From Macrostomum hystrix (taxonomy: Eukaryota > Animalia > Platyhelminthes): DNA of 64,000 nt. The stretch spans positions 62,001-126,000 of the forward strand of contig CATNEN010000004.1 in assembly GCA_950097015.1 (NCBI GenBank), read 5' to 3'. The position numbers and the translations under genes are program-made. Below the pieces are notes generated by a model. It had not been told where the DNA came from, did not search any database, and saw nothing but the letters and a program-made list of their open reading frames with translations. Shown here in pieces: positions 24,476-37,748 of the stretch (positions within the stretch are counted from its first letter, which is position 1; each line of letters begins with the position of its first letter).

Positions 24476-25927
24476 TATTTTATGAGGCCTCCATTTGTTT
24501 GGGAGTGCGCCGCCACGTAGAATTTTTATGAGAATTTTAATGCTTCACTCGTATTTTGATTTGCTGGTAAGCATAGCTCTTGCAAAAGGACACCTTAAAA
24601 CAAGCCACACCCAACACACTATGCCGGTAAAGTGCACAATTTGTCTTTTGTCAGTTTATTAATTTGTTTTTCCAAATTGGGCTGGGTGAGATCGGCTCAT
24701 ATACAGTTTTTTGCTGACTATTATTCTGTCAATGTAATAATGTTTCCAATAGAAAAATAACTGTACGAATGCGTGTCTAATACGATCTGAATTATTTGTG
24801 CTACACTGTCCCACTCATAATTCTCACTCATCCTCAACACTCGCGGAAAGCAAGATTATCATGTAAGAACATATCTAAAAATTCCAATGAAATGCAGCCG
24901 AACTCAGCAGAAAATCTATGCTCATCTATGCTCATGACTTCATTAGCTTTGTTTCCCAGTGCGTGCTGAGGACTGTCTGAAGAAGTGGCGAACCCATAAC
25001 CCCCTCTGCACCCATGGAATCGCCTTATAGAGAGGGACTCCGAAGGGTGGATCGGAGGAAGGTGTGGTCCGCTGTGCTCAGCTGTGCTCAGCCAAACGGC
25101 TGATTCGACATCTGCCTTCGTGCACCTCTAGCCGTCCCTCCCTAACCTTCGTCGCCCCAACCCGACCTACCCGTGGCTCTCGGCGAGATTAGCCGTTAAG
25201 GGGGGCCTTGCCCACCTCCTCATACCTTTATTTCATATTTCCTCATCTGTTTTCGTCGTTCCATATCTTTTTGCTCGCGGTCCCAAATCAACTGGCTATA
25301 GGACACTGCAAAGGACTCTCAGGTGCTGCTCACTATATTAGCCACTCTGTCTCACCCCCTTCTGTGACCAGCATAGCGTGCCAGTGCCTCTTCCTCTAGA
25401 AGAAGCAGCTACTCTTATCTTTTGTGAGGCTCGGGGTGAAAATCTTCAAGCCTGCTCATTAACTTCTCTGCCCCCCTCAGACAGGCGGTCGGAGGTTCTT
25501 ATTCCCCGTTCCTCTTTCGAATCGGCTGCTTTCTGTCTCCGACTGTTTCTTGGGCTGCTGTGAGCAACTCCGGCTCAGCTAATCACAGCTAATCACTGCC
25601 ATCGACTGCCGTCTAGAACAGGTGGAACTTTGCTCCACCTCCCGCCTCACTGTACTCTTCATCCTTAAATCTGCTTGACAAGCAAACTTTTCTTTTCTTG
25701 CTTTTTTCGTTGTCCAATTTCTGAAAAGCTTTGTTTTACCTTAGATCTTATTTTAGCTCAAGCAGAAATCGGTATCTGATAACTTCTTCTGTCGATAATA
25801 AACTCTTGGCACTTGAAAATTTCAATATTCTAGATACAGGTAAGAATAACCTTTGCGCTTTTGTACCTGTTTTGTAATCGCAATGTCAAAGCAGTCACGA
25901 CTCACGACTCACATTGCATAACGACTT

Positions 25928-26408
25928 TAGATAGTGGGATAGTGGGATAGTGGGGATAGTGGGATAGTGGGATAGTGTGACAGTGAGATAGTGGGATAGT
26001 GGGATAGTGGGATAGTGGGATAGTGGGATACTGGGATACTGGGATAGTGGGATAGTGGGATAGTGGGATAGTAGGATAGTGGGATAGTGGGACAGTGGGA
26101 TAGTGGGACAGTGGGATAGTGTGACAGTGAGATAGTGGGATAGTGGGATAGTGGGATAGTGGGATAGTGGGATACTGGGATACTGGGATAGTGGGATAGT
26201 GGGATAGTGGGATAGTAGGATAGTGGGATAGTGGGACAGTGGGATAGTGGGACAGTGGGATAGTGTGACAGTGAGATAGTGGGATAGTGGGATAGTGGGA
26301 TAGTGGGATACTGGGATACTGGGATAGTGGGATAGTGGGATAGTGGGATAATGGGAGACTGTGATAGTGGGATAGTGGGATAGTGGGATAGTGGGATAGT
26401 GGGATAGT
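25928..26408. repeat. 8-bp (GATAGTGG)n array with ~150-bp higher-order repetition
   Basis: Directly visible. The variant block GTGTGACAGTGAG recurs. Confidence 0.95.
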
Positions 26409-26485
26409 TGGACAGTGGGGCAGGGTGTCTTAGCACGGCATTTCAGACTGTCTGTGATCACATTAAAATTTTTCAGAAAACTCGC

Positions 26486-28581
26486 ATGGAGGCAGCAGGT
26501 TCGAGTCCTGAAAATGCCGAAGGACCCTCCGCCGCCGCTTCTGGCAGAGGTCGTCAGGCGGAGGTCAGCACCAGGATGAAGGGGGTGCATCGGCAGCTGG
26601 AGGAGCTGGACCGCTTCCGCGAGGAGCGTCGCCGAGCCGAAGAGATCGACGACGACAATGAGAAGTCGCTGACTAACAAGGACGCCCTGCTGATTGAGAC
26701 CAACCCGTTGGAGCGGGCGGAGGTGCTTGCCAACGAGGAAGCTGGGCGACGGGACCGGATGAGGCGAGAGGACAGCAAAAAGGTGCTGCAGCAGTACATC
26801 GGCATGCAGGTAGGATAAATTTAACACCCTTGTGCCACCTGGGAAACTGGAATGGGAATGAGAAACGAAGGGGTTGACGAAACTCCAAATGCAACAAAAT
26901 TATTTCGACATGATGAAATATGGTCTGTCTCGCGCAAAATCCCTCGAGGCCAAAGACTGCATCGCAAATCTGCTTGATTGTGATTTCGAAACGTTAGCCT
27001 TGCTGTGTACAGGTGTTCTCAAATTCTGAAAGGTCCTCCCTGTAATGATTTTTGCTTGATAAAATGCATTCGGATGCATTAAACATTTTGATCGGGATTA
27101 ATTCTCTTTAAAGTTAATTCTACAGCTTGATGTCTCTTTTTTCTGTACAGATAACAAATCAAATGATAATTACGTGTATAACAAACGACAATAGAAAGAC
27201 AGTCAAATGCAGCACAAACAAACAATTATTAAATCTTTAGTACAGCGAGCAAAGCTCCTTATTCACCCCACCAGCTCCTGTGTCTCATCTCTTCCGTGTC
27301 TCATCTCTCCAATGTTGTCTCATCTCTCCAGTGTTGTCTCATCTCTCCGGTGTTGTCTCATCTCTCCAGTGTTGTCTCATCTCTTCAGTGTTGTCTCATC
27401 TCTCCGGTGTTGTCTTATCTCTCCGGTGTTGTCTCATCTCTCCGGTGTTGTCTCATCTCTCCGGTGTTGTCTCATCTCTCCGGTGTTGTCTCATCTCTTC
27501 AGTGTTGTCTCATCTCTCCGGTGTTGTCTCATATCTCCGGTGTTGTCTCATCTCTCCGGTGTTGTCTCATCTCTCCAGTGTTGTCTCATCTCTTCAGTGT
27601 TGTCTCATCTCTCCAGTGTTGTCTCATCTCTTCAGTGTTGTCTCATCTCTCCAGTGTTGTCTCATCACTCCAGTGTTGTCTCGTCTATCCCGCGTCGTCT
27701 CGTTTCTCCCAATCTCTAATCTCTCCTATTTTCCAGTTTTATTCTGCATTCACACCTTCGAGTTCAATGAAAACTGAAAGGTTATGGCGGAAATCAAGCG
27801 GCGAAAGCGGCTGAGCGCAGCGGGCCGGACCAGCAGCCAAATGGACAGCTCCAGCGACGATGAGCACAATGACGACGAGAAAGCTTGCGAGGCGGAGGAC
27901 ACGGATGCTCAGGATGCGTCCCCAGGAACCAAGGAGGAAGCTGCTACGGAGGCTGGCACCGCGACGCCAGTTGATGAGGCTGATACGGAGGCTGGCACTG
28001 CCGCGCCAGTTGATGAGGCTTCTACGGAGGCTGGCACTGCCGCGCCAGTTGATGAGGCTGCTACGGAGGCTGGCACCACCGCGCCAGTTGATGAAGCCGC
28101 TACGGAGGCTGGCACTGCCGCGCCAGTTGATGAAGCCGCTACGGAGGCTGGCACTGCCGCGCCAGTTGATGAAGCCGCTACGGAGGCTGGCACTGCCGCG
28201 CCAGTTGATGAAGCCGCTACGGAGGCTGGCACTGCCGCGCCAGTTGATGAAGCCGCTACGGAGGCTGGCACTGCCGCGCCAGTTGATGAAGCCGCTACGG
28301 AGGCTGGCACTGCCGCGCCAGTTGATGAAGCCGCTATGGAGGCTGGCACTGCCGCGCCAGTTGATGAAGCCGCTACGGAGGCTGGCACTGCCGCGCCAGT
28401 TGATGAGGCTGATACGGAGGCTGGCACTGCCGCGCCAGTTGATGAAGCCGCTACGGAGGCTGGCACTGCCGCGCCAGTTGATGAAGCTGCTACGGAGGCT
28501 GGCACTGCTGCCATTGCAACTAACGCAGATGTGAAGTCAACTTCGATGAATTCCGAAACTAAACTAGCCTCCGCAACGTAA
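26486..28581 (+). CDS. Uncharacterised protein with a charged helical N-terminus and ~15 copies of a 13-aa acidic repeat (TEAGTAAPVDEAA). Exons ~26486-26809 and 27781-28581 (or to a donor at ~28577)
   Basis: Two GC-rich ORFs join in frame via CAG|GTAGG...GAAAG|GTT (YIGMQ|VMAEIKRRK). No family recognised. Confidence 0.6.
27268..27680. repeat. 19-bp intronic minisatellite (TGTTGTCTCATCTCTCCAG)
   Basis: Directly visible. Confidence 0.95.
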
Positions 28582-29205
28582 GTTTAATTTTTCTCTCCCC
28601 AGATAGTATCTGTGATTTTTTTCAACACATTTCCCCGTCATGCATCAAATTAATGCTATCATTACTACATTGCAGGTCGCATGACAGTGACATGCACCGC
28701 TTTGATTACGTCTGACAGTTTCTGCATAATGCACAAATCGCGAATAACTCGCATGACTCACATGTACTTTTATGTACTTTACAATCAAAACTTGTGAATC
28801 GCCATAGAGTTAACATTGATACGATCTGCAAAAACACAAAAATCGTATTTTATAGGAATCAGTCTAGCTTTTCGGCTACAATGTTATCGGTATGAATATA
28901 TTCGAGCAAGAATAAGACACCGTCGCACACTACTGCATATATATGCGCATCTACGAAAATAAACTGAATATAATTAAGCTTGTCATGCTTTTTATAGCTG
29001 AAATTTACACGCTTGTTTAGGTGAAATAGTTGCATTCGAATCGCTTGAAATTATCGGTCATTTCAATCCAAATTACAATCAATATAGTACCATCGGAATA
29101 GTGATATTAAAGCAAACTCAGTGCTTTTAATAAGCTATCACTTCTTAGACTATTATACTCTTGTCCTGAAATTTTCATTCTTTTCATTTCACTTAAAGCG
29201 ATAGC

Positions 29206-29390
29206 TACGAGGGGTGTCCCAAAAGTCCGTGCACTTTCTTTATTTCAGCCGGTTCTGAGCAACCAAAAATATTCAGACTGCAGCAGTTATAAAGACAATT
29301 ATCTGCCCGTAAAAATGACCTGCTGTTTGTTCATGTATCTAGTAGCTGTCATTCTCGAGATATTTCACTTTTAGTGCCCCACCCCCCTAT
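29206..29390 (+). mobile_element. Tc1/mariner-like terminal remnant (TA + CGAGGGGTGTCCCAAAAGT)
   Basis: Resembles mariner-type TIR starts after a TA target. A matching right TIR is not clearly present. Confidence 0.45.
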
Positions 29391-32026
29391 CCCTATTCCC
29401 TATTTTTCTTTTTTTAGGTAGCAGGTCAGGTAGCAGGGGAGCTGTGTCCTTTCTGCCAATTCAAGTGACTTGACTGCCATGTCAAAAGCCGGCATATTCA
29501 AAGGCAATAAACGATAGCGAAATTCATAATCTGACACGCAGCTCCCCAAATAAAGACGGAGACAATTATTTTAGGAGTAGTTGGGGATATTATACCTTAA
29601 TCTGTAACAAAATTATAATTAATGATGTCGTATTGTTTATTCATGAAACTTAAATGGCTTGAATGCCAATCAATAAAATACCATGCTTACTATAGAGTTA
29701 TTACAGTACACAAATTAAACCAATCACTATCGATGTGTAGTACAAGGACTACAGTAGTATAACTACATATAATATTATACTGCAGTGGTCCTTGGTGTAT
29801 TGACAGTGTAGAGACTCAGGTAGGGCCTAACTCAGTTGATTGAGAGGAAGGTAAAAGGCTGCTCTCTAGCTATAGGGCGAACATCTTTTTAATTTTAACT
29901 AATCTATGGTTTGGGACTCAATCACGCGATAAGTATTTACTATTTACTAGAACTTGGACGCGCGCAGTGTACATAGTAAAATGTACATAGTTAGGCCTAA
30001 CATACTCTGCTAGCGGCATGACACACAGTTCCACAAAACCAAAGTAAGACGATTGTTGAGTTCGTATCGCAAGCAACGGAATGAAGGAACTTAAGTGCAA
30101 GTTTTAAACAAATACCTACGACAGTGTTGTGATTTACCGGGTCTATGTAGCTATTTTACACATTTTCAAAACTTATACCTTAAAAGAAAAAAATGTGCAT
30201 GTGCAATAGTATTTCTTAAAAAAGAATGGTCATCCGTAATGCAAACTTTATTTTTCTTTTTTTGTAATTAATTTCTCTTAATTTTCAACTCGCCTCTGTA
30301 TGCTATAAAAATGACAATATAACACTTGCAAAGTGCAATGACTAAAAAAGTTTAGCGGGGTCTTAAATAACAGGCCTACTTCGTGTTCAGGAAAATTCCA
30401 TAAATAATGTTTTCATACAGTTCAGTTTTTACAATACCTTGAATACAATACAATGGCTTAGATCTATATTGTCTTTACTCTTTATTAATGACAATATTAT
30501 ACAGAATGCATTTGTTAAGCCCACTTTTATCTTTATTGCATTTTTGTGTAAAAGTGTTCTCATTAGCTTATGTATAAAGACCCAAGCGCCTAGGGTCTAT
30601 GACTGTTATAAAATTTTTTGTTTTTTAAGTGTAGTTGTTTAAGGAAATAAATTTTGTTCCTGAAAGATTAGAAAAGACTGGAAAAGATTGAATCATTAGA
30701 ATGAAAACTACAATATTATAATTAGCTCGATATAAAAAATGGCCTAGCTGTTTGTTTTTTCTACAATTATTTTCATATACATTATTTGTTACCTTTTAGA
30801 TTTTATGTATACAACTAAGATCAGTTATATACATTAGCATCAAGCCTTAAGCAAGTTTTGGCTTGGGTAGCTATATATTTGGCATATATGTGGTTTGATT
30901 TATTAAACCCAAATTTGTGCAGAAAATAAAAACTGGTGTAACAAGGATAATTGGTGATATTTAATAGGTTAGAACTATAGCTGTAGGCCTAAGCAGAACT
31001 ACAGTAGTACTGCTCTATAAGACATGATGCAATTTAGAAAATGCAGGAAATTGAGGTGCTGGAACATTTTTAAACACAAAAACTCTTGAAAATTTGTTTC
31101 AAAAAGTTGTGGCTGTGTGCCATAAATATTTTTAGCTTGTCCTTTGTATGGGCCTATATACTCTCTTTAGCTAGTTTAATTTGCCATGAAAATTTAATTT
31201 ATACTCAAATTCAGTGCCCTCTGCCATCATCCATGGGTATATTTTGGCCATAGACAATGCTAGATCAGTGCAATGATACTTGAATTTCAATCCAAGTATA
31301 TTTTTATGGCTATAGGCCTACTTTCATTTGTCACACAATTTTGATTTCAATGAACTGAGCTATATTTATTCCTTATGTTTGTTCAGACAAATATATGTAT
31401 AGCTTATGAATAAGTCTATCAGCCTTTTCCCTATAGTAAGCTTTGCTTCAACATATTGTACATTATAAATAAATCATTGTTGTGGCCAGACTATACACAA
31501 CCAGCAGGCACCAGTGTAGTTGCACTAAAACCCCTCAACCACTATCTAGTCAAGGTAGGGTTGGCGCAACACCCAGTCAGCTTGATAAGCTGGGGGATTT
31601 GGTAAAGTCATGTACCACATTTTTGCACCTCCTTAGGCCCCTCTATACTGCACTGGTTGTACATATAAATATATATGCAATAATCACAAATATTTGCTGC
31701 TACTTCAACTCTTCAACAAAAGGCAATGTGTGCCTCAGAATTTCAGTTTTATAATTAAAATTAAATATTATCACCTAGACAAGCACATACTACATACAAG
31801 CACACCTAGACAGCAGCATTTATAATTAAAAATATATATTTATTTATTATAAATAGCAATTTATTTTTTTATATAAAGTATTGAGTCCGAAAATGATATA
31901 TTCCATTAAAATAAAAAACAATGCTTTTTCCAGATAATCAATCAGATCCAATTATAGAATTCTGTCATCAGATCTATCTTGAACAGATCAGGCTGTTATC
32001 AGACAGTCGTCAACACAGAATAGGTC

Positions 32027-34093
32027 ATGCCATTTGTAAAGCGCCTAGTTGAGCCAACGGCCATCAGTCGAGTGGAAGCTAATGAAGGCGCCACTGGCAA
32101 TCAACAGCAGCAGCGACCAAAAGTTACAGACGAACTGCAGTACACAAACAATCTGACCCTCAGTCGTTTAATAGAGCAGATGAGCTCGTTCAGTCGTCAC
32201 ACCAGCGACATATTTCGCGAATTATCCTCTGAGATGTCGGCCCTGGCTACCCGCACAGCCGCTGTTAGCCAGCGAGTCAAACGACTGCACGACAAGGCCG
32301 AACTGCTCAATTCGGACTCAGACACTTTTGTCACTGTGTCCGGCGCCGACCGATTTGAATCGGACCAGACTGTCCGATCCGGTCTGGTCCGGCCGGATTC
32401 CATGCCGGCCTCAGTTGCCACCCTGTATAAATCCTGCGAAACTCCGCCTGATCTTTACAAACTCGACCCACTGCGCGACGACGGTAAAAAAAGTATGAAA
32501 ATCTACTCGGATCCTGAGTTCTTCTTCGATCTATGGGCCAAGCAGATGCTCGAGGAGGCGCAGAAATCTCTGCGGCCAGCGGCAAACGCTGCTGGCGGCG
32601 GGCACAAGGGCGGCCCTGGCGGCGGCAAGCACAAGCGAAAGAAGCGCCAGAGACCGCAGCAGGCCAGGCCTGACTATGAGCACCTGAAGAAGGGCGTCGA
32701 GTTTATACCAGCCGGTGCTGGCGAGGCTGCGGCCGGTCACGCCCCAGCTAACGGTGGTGTTGGCGCAACGGCTGCGGCTAATCACCATGCTTCGGGTGGA
32801 GAGCAGCAGCAGCAGCAATCGTCTTCTTATCCGTCGCCTCCGCCGCCACCTCCGATATTGAAACAGCAGCAGCCACAGGTGAGATATTTTAACTTATAAT
32901 TTAATAATCAATGTAATTGATTACACTTGCCACGATTGGGCCAGATGTGTAGCTATTGCGCGGCGCATCTGAAGGTTGCGTACAGCTGTTCAGTCCATGG
33001 ACTGGGGGAACGCCACACCCACTCTCAATTACCCAAGCTAATGCTGGTACCCATTCAAAAGCTGGGTGAACTGAAGCAATGCAGAGTTAAGTTTGTTGCT
33101 AATGGACACAAATTGTTCCAGTGGAGTCGGGAATCGAACCCCCGACCTTATAGTCGTGAGTCCGACGGTCTAGCCACAAGGCTACAACCTCTTGCAAACT
33201 TGTTAACTGAAATTATGTTAATGTTTCTGCGCAGGTGTCGCCGCCGCCGCCACCGCCGCCGCCACCTCCGTCGGATGCTCAAACCCAGAATTATCTTTAT
33301 CAGCAGCAGCAGCAGCAGCAGGCGGCATCGGGTCGCTATCATCAGACCCAGCCGCCACCGCCACCGGCTATTTCTGAGGATGACGATCTGCGCCCGCCAC
33401 CTCCCATGCCCAGCCTGCAGGGCTACGGTTATGCCACTCCAGGCTCGCAGCAGCAGCAGCAGCAGCAGCCTGGGCCGCCAAAGCCACCAGCTCCTGGTCT
33501 CAGCCAGCGTCACCCAATGCGGCAATACGTTGACGATCAAGCGATCTACGCCGACAGGCAGCAGGCGATGCACGGCCTGACACCAGTGGCTCCGGCCGAC
33601 TCCGCCCTGCCCCCGCCGCCTCTGCCTCTGGCTCAGCAGGGTGCCACTAATACCGATCTCGGCGCTAGCATCGACATGCTGCCTCCGCCGCCTCCTGACA
33701 CTGTGTTTGGCGGCCTGCCGGCTGTCACACCGCCGCCTCCTCCACCACCGCCGCCGCCGCCACCGCCGCCTACGCCTCCCGCCCTATCGGCTGTTGCCCG
33801 ACCGCCGCCCGTTGCCGCCCCGCCGCCACCTCCGCCGGCGCCGCCGCCGCCCGCCCCGCCAGCCACCCAGGGTGGCAACCTGTTGGACCAGATTCGCAAG
33901 GGCATCGAATTGAAGAAAGGTGTCAGCCACACCGCAGATCACAAGCGGCTACAATACTATTAGAAGTCGGGCCAAGCCGCACTGCGATGTACAGGCCATC
34001 TTTGACGCCATCAATTCCATCAGGCCGAATATTCAGCCGGAGTCCGACTCGGAGTCTGGCGGCTCCGGCGACTGGGGTTCCGAGGAAGATTAG
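32027..34093 (+). CDS. WASF: WAVE/SCAR (WASF) actin nucleation-promoting factor. Exons 32027-32878 and 33235-34093, with a +1 frameshift at ~33917
   Basis: WHD (MPFVKRLVEP...ELQYTNNLTLSRLIEQMSSFSRHTSDIFREL...YSDPEFFFDLW), basic region, polyproline and WH2 (NLLDQIRKGIELKK). The C/A region DVQAIFDAINSIRPNIQPESDSESGGSGDWGSEED* lies in the next frame. Confidence 0.92.
32914..33189 (-). mobile_element. tRNA-derived SINE in the WAVE intron
   Basis: Reverse complement of 53779-54092 with an internal deletion. A-box TAGCCTTGTGG, B-box GGTTCGATTCC. Confidence 0.88.
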
Positions 34094-34209
34094 GAAGGCC
34101 GCTTCACTGCTGTTTTATGAATCGTGATTGCTGTTACTTATGTTTTTATTTAGCTTCTTTCTACTGCTGATCCACCCCTCGGCCTTCTTCTTGTATTTTT
34201 ACTTAATTC

Positions 34210-35385
34210 TTCAGGGATCCTCCACTGTTTCTCCTGATCCTTCAGGGATCCTCCGCTATTGACCCAGGTTCTCCATGGATCCTCCGCTATTGACCCAGGT
34301 TCTCCATGGATCCTCCGCTATTGACCCAGGTTCTTCAAGGATCCTCCGCTATTGACCCAGGTTCTTCAAGGATCCTCCGCTATTGACCCAGGTTCTTCAA
34401 GGATCCTCCGCTATTGACCCAGATTCTCCATGGATCCTCCGCTATTGACCCAGGTTCTTCAAGGATCCTCCGCTATTGACCCAGGTTCTTCAAGGATCCT
34501 CCGCTATTGACCCAGGTTCTTCAAGGATCCTCCGCTATTGACCCAGGTTCTTCAAGGATCCTCCGCTATTGACCCAGGTTCTTCAAGGATCCTCCGCTAT
34601 TGACCCAGGTTCTTCAGGGATCCTCCGCTATTGACCCAGGTTCTTCAGGGATCCTCCGCTATTGACCCAGGTTCTCCATGGATCCTCCGCTATTAATCCA
34701 GGTTCTCCATGGATCCTCCGCTATTGATCCAGGTTCTCCATGGATCCTCCGCTATTGATCCAGGTTCTCCATGGATCCTCCGCTATTAATCCAGGTTCTC
34801 CATGGATCCTCCGCTATTGATCCAGATTCTCCATGGATCCTCCGCTATTGACCCAGGTTCTCCATGGATCCTCCGCTATTAATCCAGATTCTCCATGGAT
34901 CCTCCGCTATTGACCCAGGTTCTCCATGGATCCTCCGCTATTAATCCAGTTTCTCCATGGATCCTCCGCTATTGACCCAGGTTCTCCATGGATCCTCCGC
35001 TATTGATCCAGGTTCTCCATGGATCCTCCGCTATTGACCCAGGTTCTCCATGGACCCTCCGCTATTGACCCAGGTTCTCCATGGATCCTCCGCTATTGAT
35101 CCAGGTTCTCCATGGATCCTCCGCTATTAATCCAGGTTCTCCATGGATCCTCCGCTATTGATCCAGGTTCTCCATGGATCCTCCGCTATTGATCCAGGTT
35201 CTTCAAGGATCCTCCGCTATTGCCCCAGGTTCTTCAAGGATCCTCCGCTATTGACCCAGGTTCTTCAAGGATCCTCCGCTATTGACCCAGGTTCTTCAAG
35301 GATCCTCCGCTATTGATCCAGGTTCTCCATGGATCCTCCGCTATTGATCCAGGTTCTTCAAGGATCCTCCGCTATTGACCCAGAT
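34210..35385. repeat. 31-bp minisatellite (GGATCCTCCGCTATTGACCCAGGTTCTCCAT) downstream of the WAVE stop
   Basis: Directly visible. Two variants (CTCCAT / CTTCAA) occur in blocks. Confidence 0.97.
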
Positions 35386-37589
35386 CCAAAATGGGGATAA
35401 TTTGGGAACAAAATGTACTTTTTTGTTTTATTCCTTTTTAGAATTGTTTAATTACTTTTTAAAACATTTTAAATCTGTACCCATTTGTGTTTGTTCTCTC
35501 TTTTTCCGTAGTTTAGCTCGCTTTGTCACCGAATATTTTGCGTCATAGTAGTGAGTATAAGCTTATATTTTGTAATGTAATATCATTTAGAAACTTCTAA
35601 ATCGCGTGTTTATTATATATTAATATTTTTTCGCTTAGATTATTAAATTTGCGTTTATTTTTTCATACTGAAAGCGTTTACTTAATTTGCTGCTTGATCA
35701 TCTTTTTGTAACGGTTTATTAAACTTCGCTACTTCTATCTTCTGTTTAATTATGCCATATTATAGTTTATCTCCCTCACTGTCTGTCACTGTCAACCTAC
35801 TATCAGTGCTAGTATCAGTTAAAATTTTAATCATCGCTCTAACGATTAGCTGTTGTCGCATTTCGCGCTAAGCGATTACCATTATTATCTTTAGCTAACG
35901 TGATAACAACAAACCTGTGCCCTGTGCCCTTTTTTGTGAAACTGTAACACCGGTAATTTGGTAGTGACTCTCCGGTTGTACTTTTCGGCAGTCGATGCTT
36001 GCACCTCAGTGTTTAGTGGGCCATTTGTACTATTGAATTATAATTTTCCCAGGCGCAGATTACCTGGTGAAGCAAAAACTAATTCGATGATTAGTTTATT
36101 TGGTCGGATAATATAATTTATTTACTGCTCTATTTATGCTAGAGACTTAGTATGATATGCGGACCATAATGCCAGTTTTTTTTACAAATTTCTGTCTGGT
36201 GAGCAGCCAGCTCTTTTTAGCGCAGGTAATTCAACTATTTACTGTTTCGTGTTTACCTTTTTAATTTTTGTTTTTTTCATTGCTATTTCCTTGTTTCTAA
36301 CCATCTTTCTAATGGGCCTGTCTGTATTCTAGGCACATTGTTGTGTATATTTCTCTATCTAACTCTTTGTGTGTGTATTTTTTAACTGATGGTTAATCCC
36401 GAGTCTTTTTTGTCTTCCTTTATTTGCTGACCAAGCTACTAAACATTGCTAATGTGCGCGAGAAAAGTTTATGTTAAATAGAAATTTACCTAAAACTGTT
36501 CGTTTTAGCTAAAAAGGCAAAGCACACACACAAAAGTATGCTTTACAACTGCGCTTTGCTTGCACTTTTATATTAGCTTTTATGCCACAAGTATTTGAAT
36601 TGGTTTCTTGTTGGATTTCTAATTTTAATACGAGCGTACAGACAGGAACGATTGCTGAATCAGAAAACAATCGATAGTACGTGCCAATCTGTCAATTACA
36701 GAAACAATTAGTTGTATAATTAAGAATTGTACATCTGTTAATTACAGCCTGTATTAGAGTTGTTTATATGTAAGGCTAGTTCACGTTTTTGCGTCCAATA
36801 CTGACAGTAAAAACTGGAATGTGACTCAGACTAGGCAGCTTACGTATGTATGTAAATTCGTATGTAAATTCGCGGCTGAGTGCTAGGTAAAAGTGGAACG
36901 AATCTGCTCTGCATTTGCGTATAAATTTAACAGGCTCATACATTTACAATTATTTATTGAACAAACCTGAGTGCGCATTTCTAATTAATGCTTTGAATAC
37001 CACATACATATCAGTTTATGGTATGTAAACTTCGCGTACTTGTATTTTCGTATTCAATTATACGGCTCGTATAGTACATGCGTTTGCATCTCTATTGGAA
37101 TGAGCAAAAATAGCTAGAGTGAATCGTTTACAACCTATCATTAACAACTTAGCAATATGCATCTTTTTATGTAAACCTTAATGTGTAAGGAAGTTAAACT
37201 TATGCATCAAAGTTTTACTTTTACAACCCGATAAATAACACCATGGAAGTACATATTGATGAAAATGTATTTACCAAAAATACGCAAAGCTAAGTCCATT
37301 AATTTACTCGATAAGTTTTACATGACCTAGCACGTAAAATTTGTGTTGAATTTTACTCTAGTCAACCGAATTCCACTTTTTATTAGATTTATATTTAACA
37401 ACAGCTTGCTAATTAGCAAAATTTGCTTGTTCTGCTAATGCGTAATTTAAAATTACACCGTAAAGGCGTAAAAATAACAAAGGAAAGAAATAAAAAACAA
37501 GATTAGCATACAATAAAAGGTCTTAGTCAAAATTAATAAAAATGTTGTTTTTATGTTGTCGACCAAGGTTACGTTTAGCTTTTTCTGTT

Positions 37590-37604
37590 GTCGCTAGTAG
37601 CAAC
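37590..37604. promoter_or_regulatory. Candidate RFX X-box (GTCGCT-AGT-AGCAAC) 145 bp upstream of DNAJB13
   Basis: One mismatch to the X-box consensus. DNAJB13 is a motile-cilia gene. Confidence 0.4.
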
Positions 37605-37748
37605 AATTTGGGTTCGAGAAAAGCAGTTTAATTTTTATTTTCTCTTTTTTTAACTTGTCGTTACAATATTGTTTAACTTGTAGTTAAAAATATTACTCAG
37701 AGCTTTATATTTTAGCCTAACTTAATTTTGCTTAAGCTAATTATAAGC

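Noticed and set aside
33920-33963. A small intron that would explain the WAVE frame break
   Set aside because: A 33920-33963 intron gives the wrong frame, and the alternative 18-nt intron is too short. A 1-nt indel restores the canonical LKKV.
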